A stretch of DNA of 63,566 bases, filler included, from Octopus bimaculoides (GCF_001194135.2; 6 parts of 6 records of this genome joined end to end with filler, not necessarily neighbours in it), one strand, 5' to 3'; positions 1 through 11,849 are shown, numbered from the whole stretch's first letter. The notes: generated by a model from the sequence alone, not told the origin. Numbers and translations: made by a program.

Positions 1-149
1 ATGAATTGATTGGCATGTACTGCATCGGCTATCATTGCATTTGGACACAGTGAATGTTTGATTTTTGTTGCTGAGGTCAAACCTTGCTTTGTTAATAGCT
101 TTTTCAAGTTAATAATAGCTTCATATATAAATATATATATTTATATATA

Positions 150-184
<35 letters not shown>

Positions 185-189
185 GTGTG

Positions 190-390
190 TATGTTTGTGT
201 TTGTCCCCCAACATCGCTGGACAACCGATGCTGGTATGTTTACATCCCCGTAACTTAGCGGTTCAGCAAAAGAGAGTCGATAGAATAAGTACTAGGCTTA
301 CAAAGAATAAGTCCTGGGGTCGATTTCTTCGAATAAAGGTGGTGCTCCAGCATGGCCACAGTCAAATGACTAAAACAAGTAAAAGAGTAA
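190..390 (+). mobile_element. SINE family A, 3' half only (follows a TA/TATG microsatellite)
   Basis: ccccgtaacttagcggttcagcaaaagag...ggtgctccagcatggcc...aaacaagtaaaagagtaa matches the tails of fuller copies at 3580-3950, 33890-34335 and 50660-51110 (all minus strand). Confidence 0.8.
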
Positions 391-473
391 GAGAGAGAGA
401 GTATATGTATATATCTATGTATATATGTACGTACATACATACATGTATATATGCATGCATTGTAAATATGCAC

Positions 474-564
<91 letters not shown>

Positions 565-1109
565 TATATATCATTGAAAGCTCTGATATGCATATTAAGC
601 TACCAGTTGATAAAGCTGTCATACATTATGCAAACACTACAGGTTTTGCTTAATTTATAACTTATGCTTTATGCTATAGTTGAATATTTTACACTCTTCA
701 ATAGGGAAGAAAGTCAAGCACATCTCTGGAGAGTGGCCAGCAAACCATAAAATGGTCGCTCTCTTCAATCTCACACACATCAAAAACAAAATGAATGTGC
801 TTACATCCTTATGTATTCTCTCAGAGCTAGGCTTTCTAATGTTAAAATTCTTTTATTCCTTATGATTCATACATAAACTTCTCTCTCTCTTTCACACACA
901 GAGAGAGTCACAAATGTCAGTGTTATATAAGCAATGTGTTTGTGTGTGTGTGTGGTGTTCATGTCTCTTTGCTTTGATACTGTGCACAAATTGCAAACAA
1001 ATGTAAGCAATGTCATTTGTCTGTAATCTTCTGTGGAAACATATTGCTTGTGTTCAAAGGATTAAGGGAAAAATAATCTTGCTTGGAAATAAGGGTTGGT
1101 GGTAGGAAA

Positions 1110-1420
1110 GAAGGCGTGTGGGTTAGTCGGCTCACAATGTAAGGTAGTGAGTTCAATTCCCAGCGGCACATTGTGTCCTTGAGCAAGGCTCTTTATTTCA
1201 CGCTGCTCCAGTCTACTTAGTTGGCAAAAATGAGTAGTATCTGTATTTCATAAGACCAGCTTTGTCACACTCTGTGTCATGCTGAATATCCCTGAGAACT
1301 ACGTTAAGGGTACATGTATCTGAGGAGTGCTCACCCACATGCACATTAATTTCACAAGAAGGTTGTTCCATTGGTCCGATCAACTGGAACCCTCATTGTC
1401 ATAACTGACAGAGTGCCAGT
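1110..1420 (+). mobile_element. tRNA-headed SINE, body X + tail P, inserted into an older RTE-tail-like short element (about 1000-1520)
   Basis: B-box-like gagttcaattccc, body ttgtgtccttgagcaagg...aaaaatgagtagta, tail gctgaatatccctgagaactacgttaagggtac...gatcaactggaaccctc. Homologous to 11850-12150. Confidence 0.75.
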
Positions 1421-1932
1421 TGATAGGAAGAACATCTGGCCATAGAAAAATTAACCTCAATGAATTTTGTCTGACATGCAAGAATGGGAAACTAGATGTT
1501 AAAATGATGATGATGGTGATAATGATAAGGTGAATTAAAAGATAATAATACTTGACAATAGTAAACAAATATAATTATGTTTCACTTACTTGGTATTTTG
1601 TCAACAAACTATTACCACAATTTGTATTGTTTGTGTCAAACAATTATTATCCAAGAAATAAAACTTATGTCCATCTGAGAATTATATCTCACAAATTTAG
1701 TATTATTAATTATTTTTTCAATAAATATATGTAAGTGAAACCTTCACAATATTGATTCTTAGCAGAAATTCTTTTCTAATTTTGTACTTGTTTAAATTAT
1801 AAATTATAAATTGGCTTAGCATTTCAGCATTCATAACAGGAATGGAGTTAAATTTATTGATAGACTTATATCTGCTAAGAAAAATATCATTCCCTGTACA
1901 ATCTAATGGTAATGGAGATGGTAAACTGCAAC

Positions 1933-2011
1933 TCAATGTAGCATGTCAACAAGGCTATATGTGATTGCACTGATCAAAGAGAGTGTCAATATGATGGTGG
2001 CCAAACATGGC
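1933..2011 (-). CDS. Candidate terminal exon (PCLATIILTLSLISAITYSLVDMLH*) of the putative minus-strand gene
   Basis: tttaacatttag acceptor. Phase-compatible with candidate exon 2155-2181 only if that exon uses a GC donor. Hydrophobic peptide; no independent support. Confidence 0.2.
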
Positions 2012-2154
2012 CTAAATGTTAAAGAGTTTTAGATTTGATATATTGAATTTTATATATATATTCTTACAAGAATATTATTCTGTAAAGAATATAGGTATAT
2101 TTTTCATCTTCAGTATTATGAAAGAAAAAAGAAGTAAACAAATAAATTACTTGC

Positions 2155-2181
2155 CTTCGATCCATAATCATGTGATCAATA
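2155..2181 (-). CDS. Candidate 27-nt exon (NIDHMIMDR)
   Basis: aattttatag acceptor and AAG|gcaagt donor (alternative GT donor 4 nt further on). Phase 2-2. Confidence 0.2.
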
Positions 2182-2781
2182 CTATAAAATTATTTCATGT
2201 TTCTCTTTAAGTAAATTTGATTTCTTTCGGATAAAAGAAAAAAAAATGTTAATAAACCACACTCTAATAATCATTACATCAATAGTTTTGTGTTCATTTT
2301 TAGATATGTAAAGCCGAAAAATTTATATGAAAATTGAAGTAAATGTTTAGCACTTTAGATCTAAGAATATCCATCCCTCGTAAATATTTGGTAAATAGAA
2401 GTTGTGGAGTTTCTTATGTACATAGTTTTCTTCTTTTATCAAAATATGAATGGTAAATGATTCCATTGCTGTAATTAATCAGTGAACAAAAGTGGTGTTG
2501 TATCTTCAGTTAGCAAAGTATGAATAATAGCTGCTTCCATCATTAAAATTAGTTGATATGACAAAATATCAGCCTTACATAAGAGTTCACTGTAATAAAA
2601 AAAAAAAAAATCTCACTATCTGCAACAGTCAGATTGTGATGGAATATTTACTTTACAGATAAACCAATCAGTGAAAGACTTATCAGTTAATCAGTACTGT
2701 ATAAAACTGGAAACAACAGTACTTGATTGATTTCTTTTTCTTGAGCAATACAACCAGATGAAAGAATGAGATTAAAATCAC

Positions 2782-2826
2782 TTGTTGACAGTTATCTCAT
2801 CACCTTGTGATAGATGAACTTCACTT
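2782..2826 (-). CDS. Candidate 45-nt exon (SEVHLSQGDEITVN)
   Basis: ttttactctcttcatttgaatgtag acceptor, AA|gtgatt donor, symmetric phase 2-2, protein-like translation. Confidence 0.25.
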
Positions 2827-3404
2827 CTACATTCAAATGAAGAGAGTAAAACTTAAATTTTATTTTTGATGTTTTGAATAATGGATAATGATTAAAGTTT
2901 TTTTTCTTTTTTTTAAACAAGAGGGGAAAACTAGAAAGGAATGTTTGAGACAGATTAAAAATTGGTATCTGAAACTTCTTATACCACAAGTAAACATTGA
3001 CTTTGTTATTTGTTGAATTGATTATACCATCTTGTTGTTATTGATAATTATGATACTGATGATTATGATAATGATGTTCATGTTCATGTTAGATAATCAG
3101 TGTCAGCTCTTGCTAAATTGATCCTTTATGTAACCTGTCAATCAACACTTGGATTTTTCATCATAAGACCACTGCATCATATTGTATTATGTACTATAAC
3201 TTATACTGTGTTGCTTGTCCATTTCTTTCCTTTCTCACAATGAAAACACTGTTTTAAAACCTCAGTTATGAACCACTGACTGATGACCCCCAGCAGACAT
3301 TTCTTCCATATATTAACTATAGAGCCTACCAAACTAATTAAAATTAGGTTAAACACTGCATTTCTAAGATTCATGTTTCATTACATTTTTTTAATGAATA
3401 AAAG

Positions 3405-3560
3405 GTGTGGGCATGCATGGGTGGTGTGTAGTAAGAGGTTTACTTCCCAACCACATGGTTCCAGGTTCAGTCCTAGGGCATGGCATGTTGGGCAAGTGCC
3501 TCAAGCTGACCAAAGCCTTGTGAGTGGATTTGGTAAATAAAAATAGAAAGAAACCTGTCA
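3405..3560 (+). mobile_element. SINE family A, 5' head
   Basis: ccaaccacatggttccaggttcagtcc...gaccaaagccttgtgagtggatttggta, ending in (TA)n. Confidence 0.75.
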
Positions 3561-3579
3561 TATATATATATATATATAT

Positions 3580-3950
3580 CTTCTACCTGTTTCAGCTATG
3601 CTGGGGCACTGCCTTCAAGAATTTTTACTCAGATGAATCAACCCCAGTACTTACTTTTTAAGCCTGGTACTTATACCTATCAGTCTCTTTTGCTGAACTG
3701 CTAAATTACAGGGATGTAAACACACCAACACCAGCTGTCAAGTGGTGATGGGGACAAACACAGACACAAAGACATGCACTTAGATATATATATATATGAT
3801 GGACTTCTTTCAATTTCCATCTACTAAATCCACTCAAAAGGCTTTGGTTGGCCCAAGGCTATAGTAGAAGACACTTGGCCAGCATGCCACGCAGTGGGAC
3901 TGAACCAGGAATGTGGTTAGGAAGCAAGCTTCTTACCCCACAACCACTCA
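3580..3950 (-). mobile_element. SINE family A, near full length with short internal (TA)n
   Basis: Reverse complement contains head, internal microsatellite and tail as in other copies. Confidence 0.8.
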
Positions 3951-4392
3951 TATGTGTGTGTGTGTGTGTGCATGGGTTTTCTTGTTTTGATAGACAAGCA
4001 TTTCCAATCTTCTGTGGAATCATGTTTGGTAATGGGAAAATATTACTTTGTTTGGAGAAACAGGTGAAACTTGGCACCAAGAAGGGCAACCAGTCAGAGA
4101 AAAATCTGCTTCAATAAAGCTTCGTCCAACCAATGCAAGCATGGAAAAGTGGACATTAAAATGATGGTGAACAGCCATTCAATTATCATATGGTTCATGA
4201 CAAAAAACATTTTTAAAAATTAAAAAAAAGCAAAACAATGAAAAACAAACAATAATAGATAAAATTTAAGTTCAAATTTATGTATTCTTTTCAGATTCAA
4301 CAAAATAGTTATAAATATATTCCTGATAATCACACTGTATTGTCAATGAATGAATGAAAAAGAAAAAAAACCAAGAAAATATTCTGTTACCT

Positions 4393-4485
4393 TCATTTAG
4401 TTACTGGGAGATCATTGGAAACTTCATATTCATGTAGTGCACCATATAACAGGATTATGTTTATACCTATCTCAGACACAACTTT
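4393..4485 (-). CDS. Candidate exon KVVSEIGINIILLYGALHEYEVSNDLP(VTK*)
   Basis: ctcttttctccattatggttag acceptor, amphipathic helix then beta-strand pattern. Possible donor CCA|gtaact at 4405/4404, otherwise reads to TGA at 4395-4393. Confidence 0.3.
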   Translation of the reverse strand, partial: KVVSEIGINIILLYGALHEYEVSNDLPVTK

Positions 4486-4694
4486 CTAACCATAATGGAG
4501 AAAAGAGTAATAGCATTTTTTTATGGTAGTAGAGTTGCATGAGTTTTGAATACCAAAGTCATGTTACTCAAGCTGATGATCATATGATAAAGATCATTTA
4601 CACGGCTGCCTTTTCATTAAAGTCAAGTTTGCTTCTTCTTACTGACATAATCTATGAAATATTGAGAGGAAAAAAAATTAAAATTCTAAGTTAC

Positions 4695-4734
4695 CTTCTT
4701 CACCAGATCTATCTCCCATATGTTATTTATAATT
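4695..4734 (-). CDS. Candidate 40-nt exon (IINNIWEIDLVKK)
   Basis: ctctctctttcgaaacctttaaag acceptor and AAG|gtaact donor. Ends in phase 0, matching 4485. Confidence 0.28.
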
Positions 4735-4943
4735 CTTTAAAGGTTTCGAAAGAGAGAGTAGTCAATGACAGATGGATAACGATTGTCACTGCCAATAACA
4801 GCAAGTATCATATTTTAACATACCATGTAAAATAAATTATTATAGCTATGATATCTAAGTTATCAAGATGACATTTGCAGTGCTGCCTGCACCATTGACA
4901 CTTGAAATAGATAAGGCTAGTTTAAATGCTAAAGAGTTAAAAA

Positions 4944-5197
4944 TAATAATAAATAAATGTGCCCTTTTAAAGTCTAGCCAGGCTCATGGGCCTGGTTTCA
5001 ATGGCGTATGTGTTCCCCAGCTGGAAAGGATGCCAGTCCATCGCATCATTACTCATTTTTGCTAGCTGAGTGAACTGGAGCAACGTGAAATGAAATGTTT
5101 TGCTCAAGAACACAACGCGTCACCCGGTCCAGGAATCGAAACCACAATCTTACGATCATGATATTGACACCCTAACCACTAAGCCACGCGTCTCCAC
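4944..5197 (-). mobile_element. Full-length tRNA-headed SINE, body X + tail Q, with 13-bp target-site duplication
   Basis: Head GTGGAGACGCGTGGCTTAGTGGTTAGGG with B-box GTTTCGATTCC. TSD AAAGAGTTAAAAA at 4931-4943 and 5198-5210. Confidence 0.9.
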
Positions 5198-6569
5198 AAA
5201 GAGTTAAAAAGATAGTTTAAAACCTTCTAAGATTCCACCACACCATTCAACATCTAAGTCAGAATGAAAGAATGATGCAGACTGTAAAGATGAGGAACCT
5301 TTACAAAAAAATTTGGATCCTTTGATGCCAATTTACTGAGATTTCTACTCAGTTTACTGATTGATTTTCTATACTAGAAGAAAGCAAAACCCCTCAACAT
5401 TGATGGGACATAAGAACAGCTTTAACAATGGCTTTTGGTATTGAAGCTGCTTTATGACATGTTCCTACAACTGGCACAATATCAGGGGGAGATGTCCAGT
5501 ACAAAAAGGAAGCAAAATGTTATTGATGATAAAAAACGACAGAACAGTTTTGGTGTACAATGATCAAGATGCCCTGAGCATGACAAGAAAGATAAAAGTG
5601 GGATTCTCAATCAAAACTGGAAGAAAGGCAAGGTTCAGAAGACCAATGTACAACAACTGATGATTATGGATATCCTATCACCAAATGAAACTAAGATTGA
5701 TATCAATGACTTGGCTTATAAATGATATATGAAGATATTGTTTTACAACAGTAGTATTACAAGAGTTTTGCATGTTGATGTCATATGACCCAACCTGAAG
5801 TCACATAATTATTTAATCAAACAGCCTTTTCAGTAGTCAGGTGTGCTTCCTTTCATTGACAACACAACAGAAATTACAAAGTATCTATAACTATGAATGT
5901 GCTTACCAATCTGAAATGGTTCACTAGTTATCAACAATTCTGCAAACTTGCCACATAACAAAATAGGGGGAACTGTCAGCATATAATGTATTCAAATTAT
6001 AAAGTTAATTATGTCTAGGTGTGCCACTGTCAAAGAAATAACCACAAAATCTAGAAACAAAACATTATTTTCACTAATCTGAACAATTTATGATTGTGAT
6101 TTTTGAAGGAAATTATTAATGTAAGAGGTAGAAAAGTCAGCAATTTCCATTCTACAGATATTGATTTAATCCTTTGGGTGTCCAAGCAATTTTTCTAAGT
6201 TTGTCCTAAATATCCATTCTTGTTTTCAGACTTTTAGTTAGCCCTTGGTTCATACATTCAGAGTAATATAAAGCTTGCCTTTCATAAATTCCCAAGTTAC
6301 TCTGGTCGTTGAAAAGAAAGATTCAGAATTTGTATCATATATGATGCAGTGACACCAGAGAAATATATCAAGTGTATCAAATATGATAGATGGAAAAGGT
6401 AATGGGTTAAGGTAGAAAATGAAGAATCTAGAGACCTAACAACATGTCTTGCTGAGAATATTAGTTCAAGAGACATAATGAAGAGGAACGTAGAATTGAA
6501 GAACTACAGTAGATTTAGCATAATCAGACTCTGGAAAAAAAAATGTTTTTAATTAAAGCACTGATGTGA

Positions 6570-6750
6570 GTGCTAGTGCTATGTAAAGAGCACCCAATAC
6601 ACTCTGTCGGGTGGTTGGCATTAGGAAGGACATCCAGCTATGGAAACCTAGTCAAAAGAGACTATGGAACCTGGTGCAGCCCCTGGCCTTGCCAGTTCCT
6701 GTCAAGCCATTCAACCCATGCCAGCATAGAAAAATGGACATAAAATGATG
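6570..6750 (+). mobile_element. Short non-autonomous element sharing the RTE LINE 3' tail
   Basis: gcaccca..acactc..g.gtggttggcattaggaagg.catccagct...ccatgccagcat..aaaatggac.taaa(tga)n is homologous to 18035-18210. Further copies near 11010-11245 (+), 14395-14550 (-), 19755-19820 (-). Confidence 0.7.
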
Positions 6751-6899
6751 ATGATGACACAAAAACATATTTGTACAAAGAGCAGCAGTAATCTCAGTTG
6801 TACTGTATAGATACAGATAAGTTAGATGTTGAAAGAAAGAAAATGACCATGGCTTTTGAAATATAATTGTATAGAAAGAAACTTTGCATTCCATAATAG

Positions 6900-7018
6900 T
6901 CGGGGCCCAGAGCAACCACAATCTCTGGCTGAAGCTAATGACAGAATAATGCAGAACATCAGTGTTCGGAAGACTGCAAACAATGAAACCCTTTTGCTAA
7001 TTGTTAAAAGCCTGAAAA
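6900..7018 (+). CDS. Candidate plus-strand exon (RGPEQPQSLAEANDRIMQNISVRKTANNETLLLIVKSLK)
   Basis: ctttgcattccataatag acceptor, perfect A|GTAAGT donor, purine-rich stop-free frame. On the opposite strand to the minus-strand model. Confidence 0.3.
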
Positions 7019-8084
7019 GTAAGTAGTTTGTTAACATAACAGAACACCATTACACACTGCTTGTAGTATATGTGGTAATACATATAGAAACCCTTGGTGA
7101 AAGGAAGGATAGAAATGAGAGAACAAGATGGTAGAAAACATAGGGGAGGAGGCTGTGTCGCATGTAGTAAGTTTAATGCCTTTTCAAGGCAATGACTTTT
7201 GATTGATTGAGTTCTGAAATGAGCTATTATTGGCTGGGTAGAATATGAAAAGAAAAAGTCTATCTTTAACCACAGCCACAGCTATATGTTAAGGTTTATA
7301 TATAATGGTAATACAAAATGACAAATTCTGGAAATCACCAGCTTGTATTTTGTAAGTTAGCTATGTTGACTAAGTACTGTATTTTGAGTAATTGGTTTGA
7401 TAGGCCTTTTTGTATTACATTGGCTTTTGACACATTTAAAAATATGAAGTGCACGGACAAATGGATATAGTGGATGAAAATACTAAGTCTCAGCCTCATT
7501 GGTGCATGTTCCCTGAATGGAGTCACCAATTCCAATTTGGAGAGGGTAGTCAATGACAATTATATAGCCAACACTTTTCTGTTGTACTGTTCCAACTTAT
7601 TCCCCTTCTCCACTCTCCATAATCTTAGAATGGTAGTGAAGTAGCAGAGCCAACTGTATGAGCAGGAGAAAATAATGTACAATGTAAGTCAACCCAATGG
7701 AGTTTATTTCACCCACTCTAGTCTATAGATTACAGACGAACTTGTAAGCACAAATGAAAGCACAACTAGGAATTATATCTAGATGAAACTTGGTTTGTCA
7801 GATACTTGCACAAAATTTTATAGGTGTTCACTGACCTCAAGTAAAAATAATGTTAGCAACAATTTGACACATGAATAGTTTGATGGATTTTCACATTTTA
7901 CATACTAACTTGAAGAAGGCAAATGCACTGTGAGAGAGAGAGAGATGTAAAAATTCAGATTTACAAAAGTACTAAGCAGTGCACATGTGATTTTGCAGCA
8001 GAGGAAGCACCTCTCCATAACATTGGAATTGTTTTCTTTATAGCATACCCAAAAATCCAAAGCTTGGTTGCAGATGCTACTTAC

Positions 8085-8125
8085 AAGAATGCAATCATCA
8101 AATGAGACCAAATCAACTTCAAATA
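8085..8125 (-). CDS. Candidate 41-nt exon (VFEVDLVSFDDCIL)
   Basis: Perfect CTT|GTAAGT donor and ctag acceptor. Starts in phase 1, matching the end of 9248-9604. Confidence 0.35.
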
Positions 8126-9247
8126 CTAGTTATGTTCAATCTTAATGTACTTATTTCCATTAACTGTGTATGGTTAAATGTTAACAGTAAAGTAACTACC
8201 AAATAACTCCTAGTTTTGAGGTCCAATTCCCATTAATTGAACCTGTCAAGTGTTGTGTGAATGAAAATCCATTAGTCACATGAAACAGCAACAGTTTAAG
8301 TAATATAAAGAAAAAAAAATTGAGCTTGGCACTTCAAATTTCAGACTGGGAGCCTGAGCTGTTAAGAAAGAAAAGCTCAACTATAAAAAATGAAATGATT
8401 AAGTGAGTAGATCTTGAGCTTGAATCCATTGCAACTGCTTCTCTGTGAATTTGGGCTGAACCTAAAATTCTACATTGCTTTTGTGATAGACTATTATCAT
8501 ATGTAATAGATGATTTCTACTTAGCAGGATAAGATAAGAACTAATTATCGGCAATTAAAAGTCCCTCCAAGTTAAAGAAATACATGTTTTTATTGCACAG
8601 TGAAAACTTAGACTAGAGAAAAGAAGAAGCCTTAACTTCTTCCTGCAATGGGGTTTTCACCTCGCAATGCATTGAGACAGAAACTTTTTAATTCAAAAGT
8701 AATTGGATAAAAATGTATTAAAAGAGAAATATCAGCACTAAAATCCAAAATAAACTCAATAGAGAAAAAGTCAGAATTAATCAATTTATGAAAGAATGGG
8801 CGAACAATTATTGATGCATCAGCAGCATCAGTCGTAGTTGTTGTCGTTGTCGTCGTCATCATGATTTAACGTTCGTTGTCCATGTATAACTTTTATAACT
8901 GTTAGCTATAGTATAAATGTAAGCAAATTATGATGATGTCTTTTCAACAGTATTTAAACCATAAAAAATGCCTGTTCAATTGGCAAAAGTGCTTAGGTAT
9001 AAAATCTTTACAATATAATGTAATCATAAAATAATACAAACAAAATATCATACATTTTAAAACAGCTTGTGTTTTTGACACAATCGGTTATTTGATCTGT
9101 GGCAGGAATTTCAACAACATTATAAAACTGATTGGTAGTTTCTTCAATATTTCTTTACTCCTCAGCAAGTAAGGAGTGGTGGTAGCAGCGGCAGTGGTGG
9201 TTTTCAGCAGAATTGTTATTTTGACTATGAGCGTCTATACTTTTTAC

Positions 9248-9604
9248 CACTTGTGCTATTAGTTCCCTTTTTTGGTGGATGAATGGTACAGCCTGCTGGA
9301 TAAAAGTTCACATTATTGTAATTATGAACATCCCCTTTGTATAAAGACCAATTTATACGAGAACTGTCATCTACATCAAGTTTATTGCTAACTTTCTCTG
9401 TTTCCTGATGGTCATCACATGAGGGATATTTGGAATCCTCCATGTTTGAGCTACTGCTTTCTTTCTCAGCCCGCCAACAATTTAATTTGGACCGAGAATC
9501 AGATGATAGCTGTAGAAACTTTCTTAGTCCCGGTGTGAAGTCATTCTGAAAAATCTTTTGAGCAGCTTCAACTAAAATATCTTCTTCTTCGGGCTCTTTA
9601 GAAT
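9248..9604 (-). CDS. Probable 357-nt internal exon of an unidentified gene (SKEPEEEDILVEAAQKIFQNDFTPGLRKFL...WSLYKGDVHNYNNVNFYPAGCTIHPPKKGTNSTS)
   Basis: Very strong acceptor (about 30 T-rich nt + ctcattttaag), about 119 stop-free codons with E/D/K/S-rich composition, G|GTAAAA donor, symmetric phase 1-1. Confidence 0.6.
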
Positions 9605-10173
9605 CTTAAAATGAGAAAAAAAAAACAAAAAAAAAAAATTAGTACCATTAAAAATTGTGATAGATTTTTTTAAAAATTTCATTTAAATGTAAACTGTTTT
9701 GAATGTAATCACTTAGGTTAAACTAAGCTTTGCTTAATTTTAAAATACAATAATTAAATTCTAATAATTAGAGCTAAGTATTTGTGCACCATGTGAATTT
9801 GTGTCTCGCTTGATTGATATCAACTTTGGAATGCACAGCTTGACATCTGTTATATCTGTAACAGATATTCTATAAGCCCATGACAACCCCAGCCCCATTC
9901 TATTTAAACTTTCTTCTTCTTCAACACTTAGGCTGCATTGTCCAATTCTAAATTTCCTCAGGTAAGCAAGCTCACTCTTGCAGTAAGTAGAGGCCTTGTG
10001 GTGAATATAGATCCTTATCCTTCTTTTTACAGGCAATATCAAGCAATAATGACTATGTTTACTTGGCTCAGGTTTGTAATATTAAACTATAAAATCTATT
10101 TAGAATTAAAAGAAGGTTATTGTTTGTTCTTGAGAAGACCCACCATATCAGTGAAACAGAGTTCTAGAAGGGT

Positions 10174-10485
10174 TGTGCTCCACCCACACTTAACAAAAAA
10201 ACTTCTCACACACTCTACCACAACAAACCAAACTATGTCTCTACATCTCTTCCTCACATTTCTGCTTCATGCACTATGCTTACCTCCCACTCCCCAATCC
10301 TGTCCTCTTGGCCCTGTGCCACTCTATCATTGCTCTCTGATAGCCCCCGACCTGTGTTCCACCCACATGTAACAAGAAAACTTTTCACTCACCCTACCCC
10401 AACAAACCAATTTACGTTTCCACATCTCTTCTCTTCCTCACATTTCCTCCTTCACACACTATACCTAGCTCTCACTCCCCAATTG
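10174..10485. repeat. Diverged tandem duplication, period about 179 bp, pyrimidine-rich
   Basis: tgtgctccacccacacttaacaaaaaaacttctcac...ctccccaat (10174) is repeated as tgtgttccacccacatgtaacaagaaaacttttcac...ctccccaat (10353). Confidence 0.75.
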
Positions 10486-11849
10486 CTCTGTATCAGTGCT
10501 ACCTGGTAGCCTCCAGACTATATACATGCAGGTTTTCGCCACTCACTCCCCACCCCCACCACACTCTTTAATCACACTCCCTTTGCAATATCCTACCACT
10601 TATGTTATGGCATTTGAACCTCAAGGGTATGCCCTCATTCTTCTTTTACTCAATCATATCATTTATATTCTGATTCCCATCCCTTGTGAGTATGCCTGAC
10701 ATTTTGCCACTATCTCTATCCTTTTGTCCCCCACTCTCTCTCTCTCCTCCTGCACTTCCCTCAGGTTGGGTAACCACATATTTCCTTTGTGGTAGTACAC
10801 CTGTTTCTATCTTCATTCCTGATCTCTCTCTCTCTCTCTGACTGAGTAACCTTGTACTACCTCTACAGCAAGGCACCTGTTTCTGTCTCTCTGTCTCAAT
10901 ATAACCTTTCATCATCCAACATAAGATCACCTCCTCTAATGCCCCCTCTCCTCTTGAAATTTTTTTTTTGTCTTACAAGTACTCGGTGATCCTGTCAATG
11001 CAGGTGCCACTTCTAAGCACCCAGTCCAATTGTAAAAGCCTTGCCAAAACTGACCTCGCCTGTGCTTGTGTCATGTAAAAAAGCACTAAGTCCACTCTGC
11101 TGAGTGGTTGGTGTTAGGAAGGATATCCAGTTGTAAAAGTCCTGCCAAAACAGTCACAGAAGTCTGGTGCAGGCTTCTGCCTGGCAGGCTCTTGTGAAAT
11201 CATCCCACTCATGCTAGCAAGGAAGGCGGACGTTAAATGATGTTCAAACAATGAAAAAAACAATACGTAAGAGATTTAACCCCTTAGCATTTGGATTGCT
11301 GTCAAATGTAATGCTTATTTATTCTGGTTATTTTGAATGTCTTATGGCTTTGAAACTGATGAAATGATTGTTTATTTTTATAATGATATTGCAGGACAAG
11401 GCTAGATCTGACCAATTTGAACATAAAATGGATAGAATATTTGGGCCACATGTTTCATCTGTGAGACAATGTCACAAAATATAATTCTAGTATTCATAAC
11501 TATACCTCACTTGGCCTTCCTCCACCACAAGTATCCACCACAGTTAGCTCATCATACTTTTTCACTAAATAGACATGTACCTTAATCAATCAAGATCATT
11601 TCTCAGATGATGTAGGGATTTTGTAATCTCAGATACAAATTAGTTATTTGGTTTTGGCAATAATGGCTTCTAAGATTGACAACTCTAGATGTTAGGATTT
11701 TTTCTGAGACTTTTCAAGATATTCTGCATTCAGAATCTGGTCAATGGCTCATAGCCAGCTCATCATCACATATACTAATGTATATCTGAATAACAGCTTG
11801 AAAAATCAGTGACACTAATTTAACTGTCTCCAAACTAGTTCTTGTTAAA

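Noticed and set aside
5230-6545. Purine-rich protein-like frames (KNDADCKDEEPLQKN..., KYIKCIKYDRWKR*WVKVENEESRDL...)
   Set aside because: Interrupted by stops with no identifiable motif. Possibly very old LINE debris, but not supportable.
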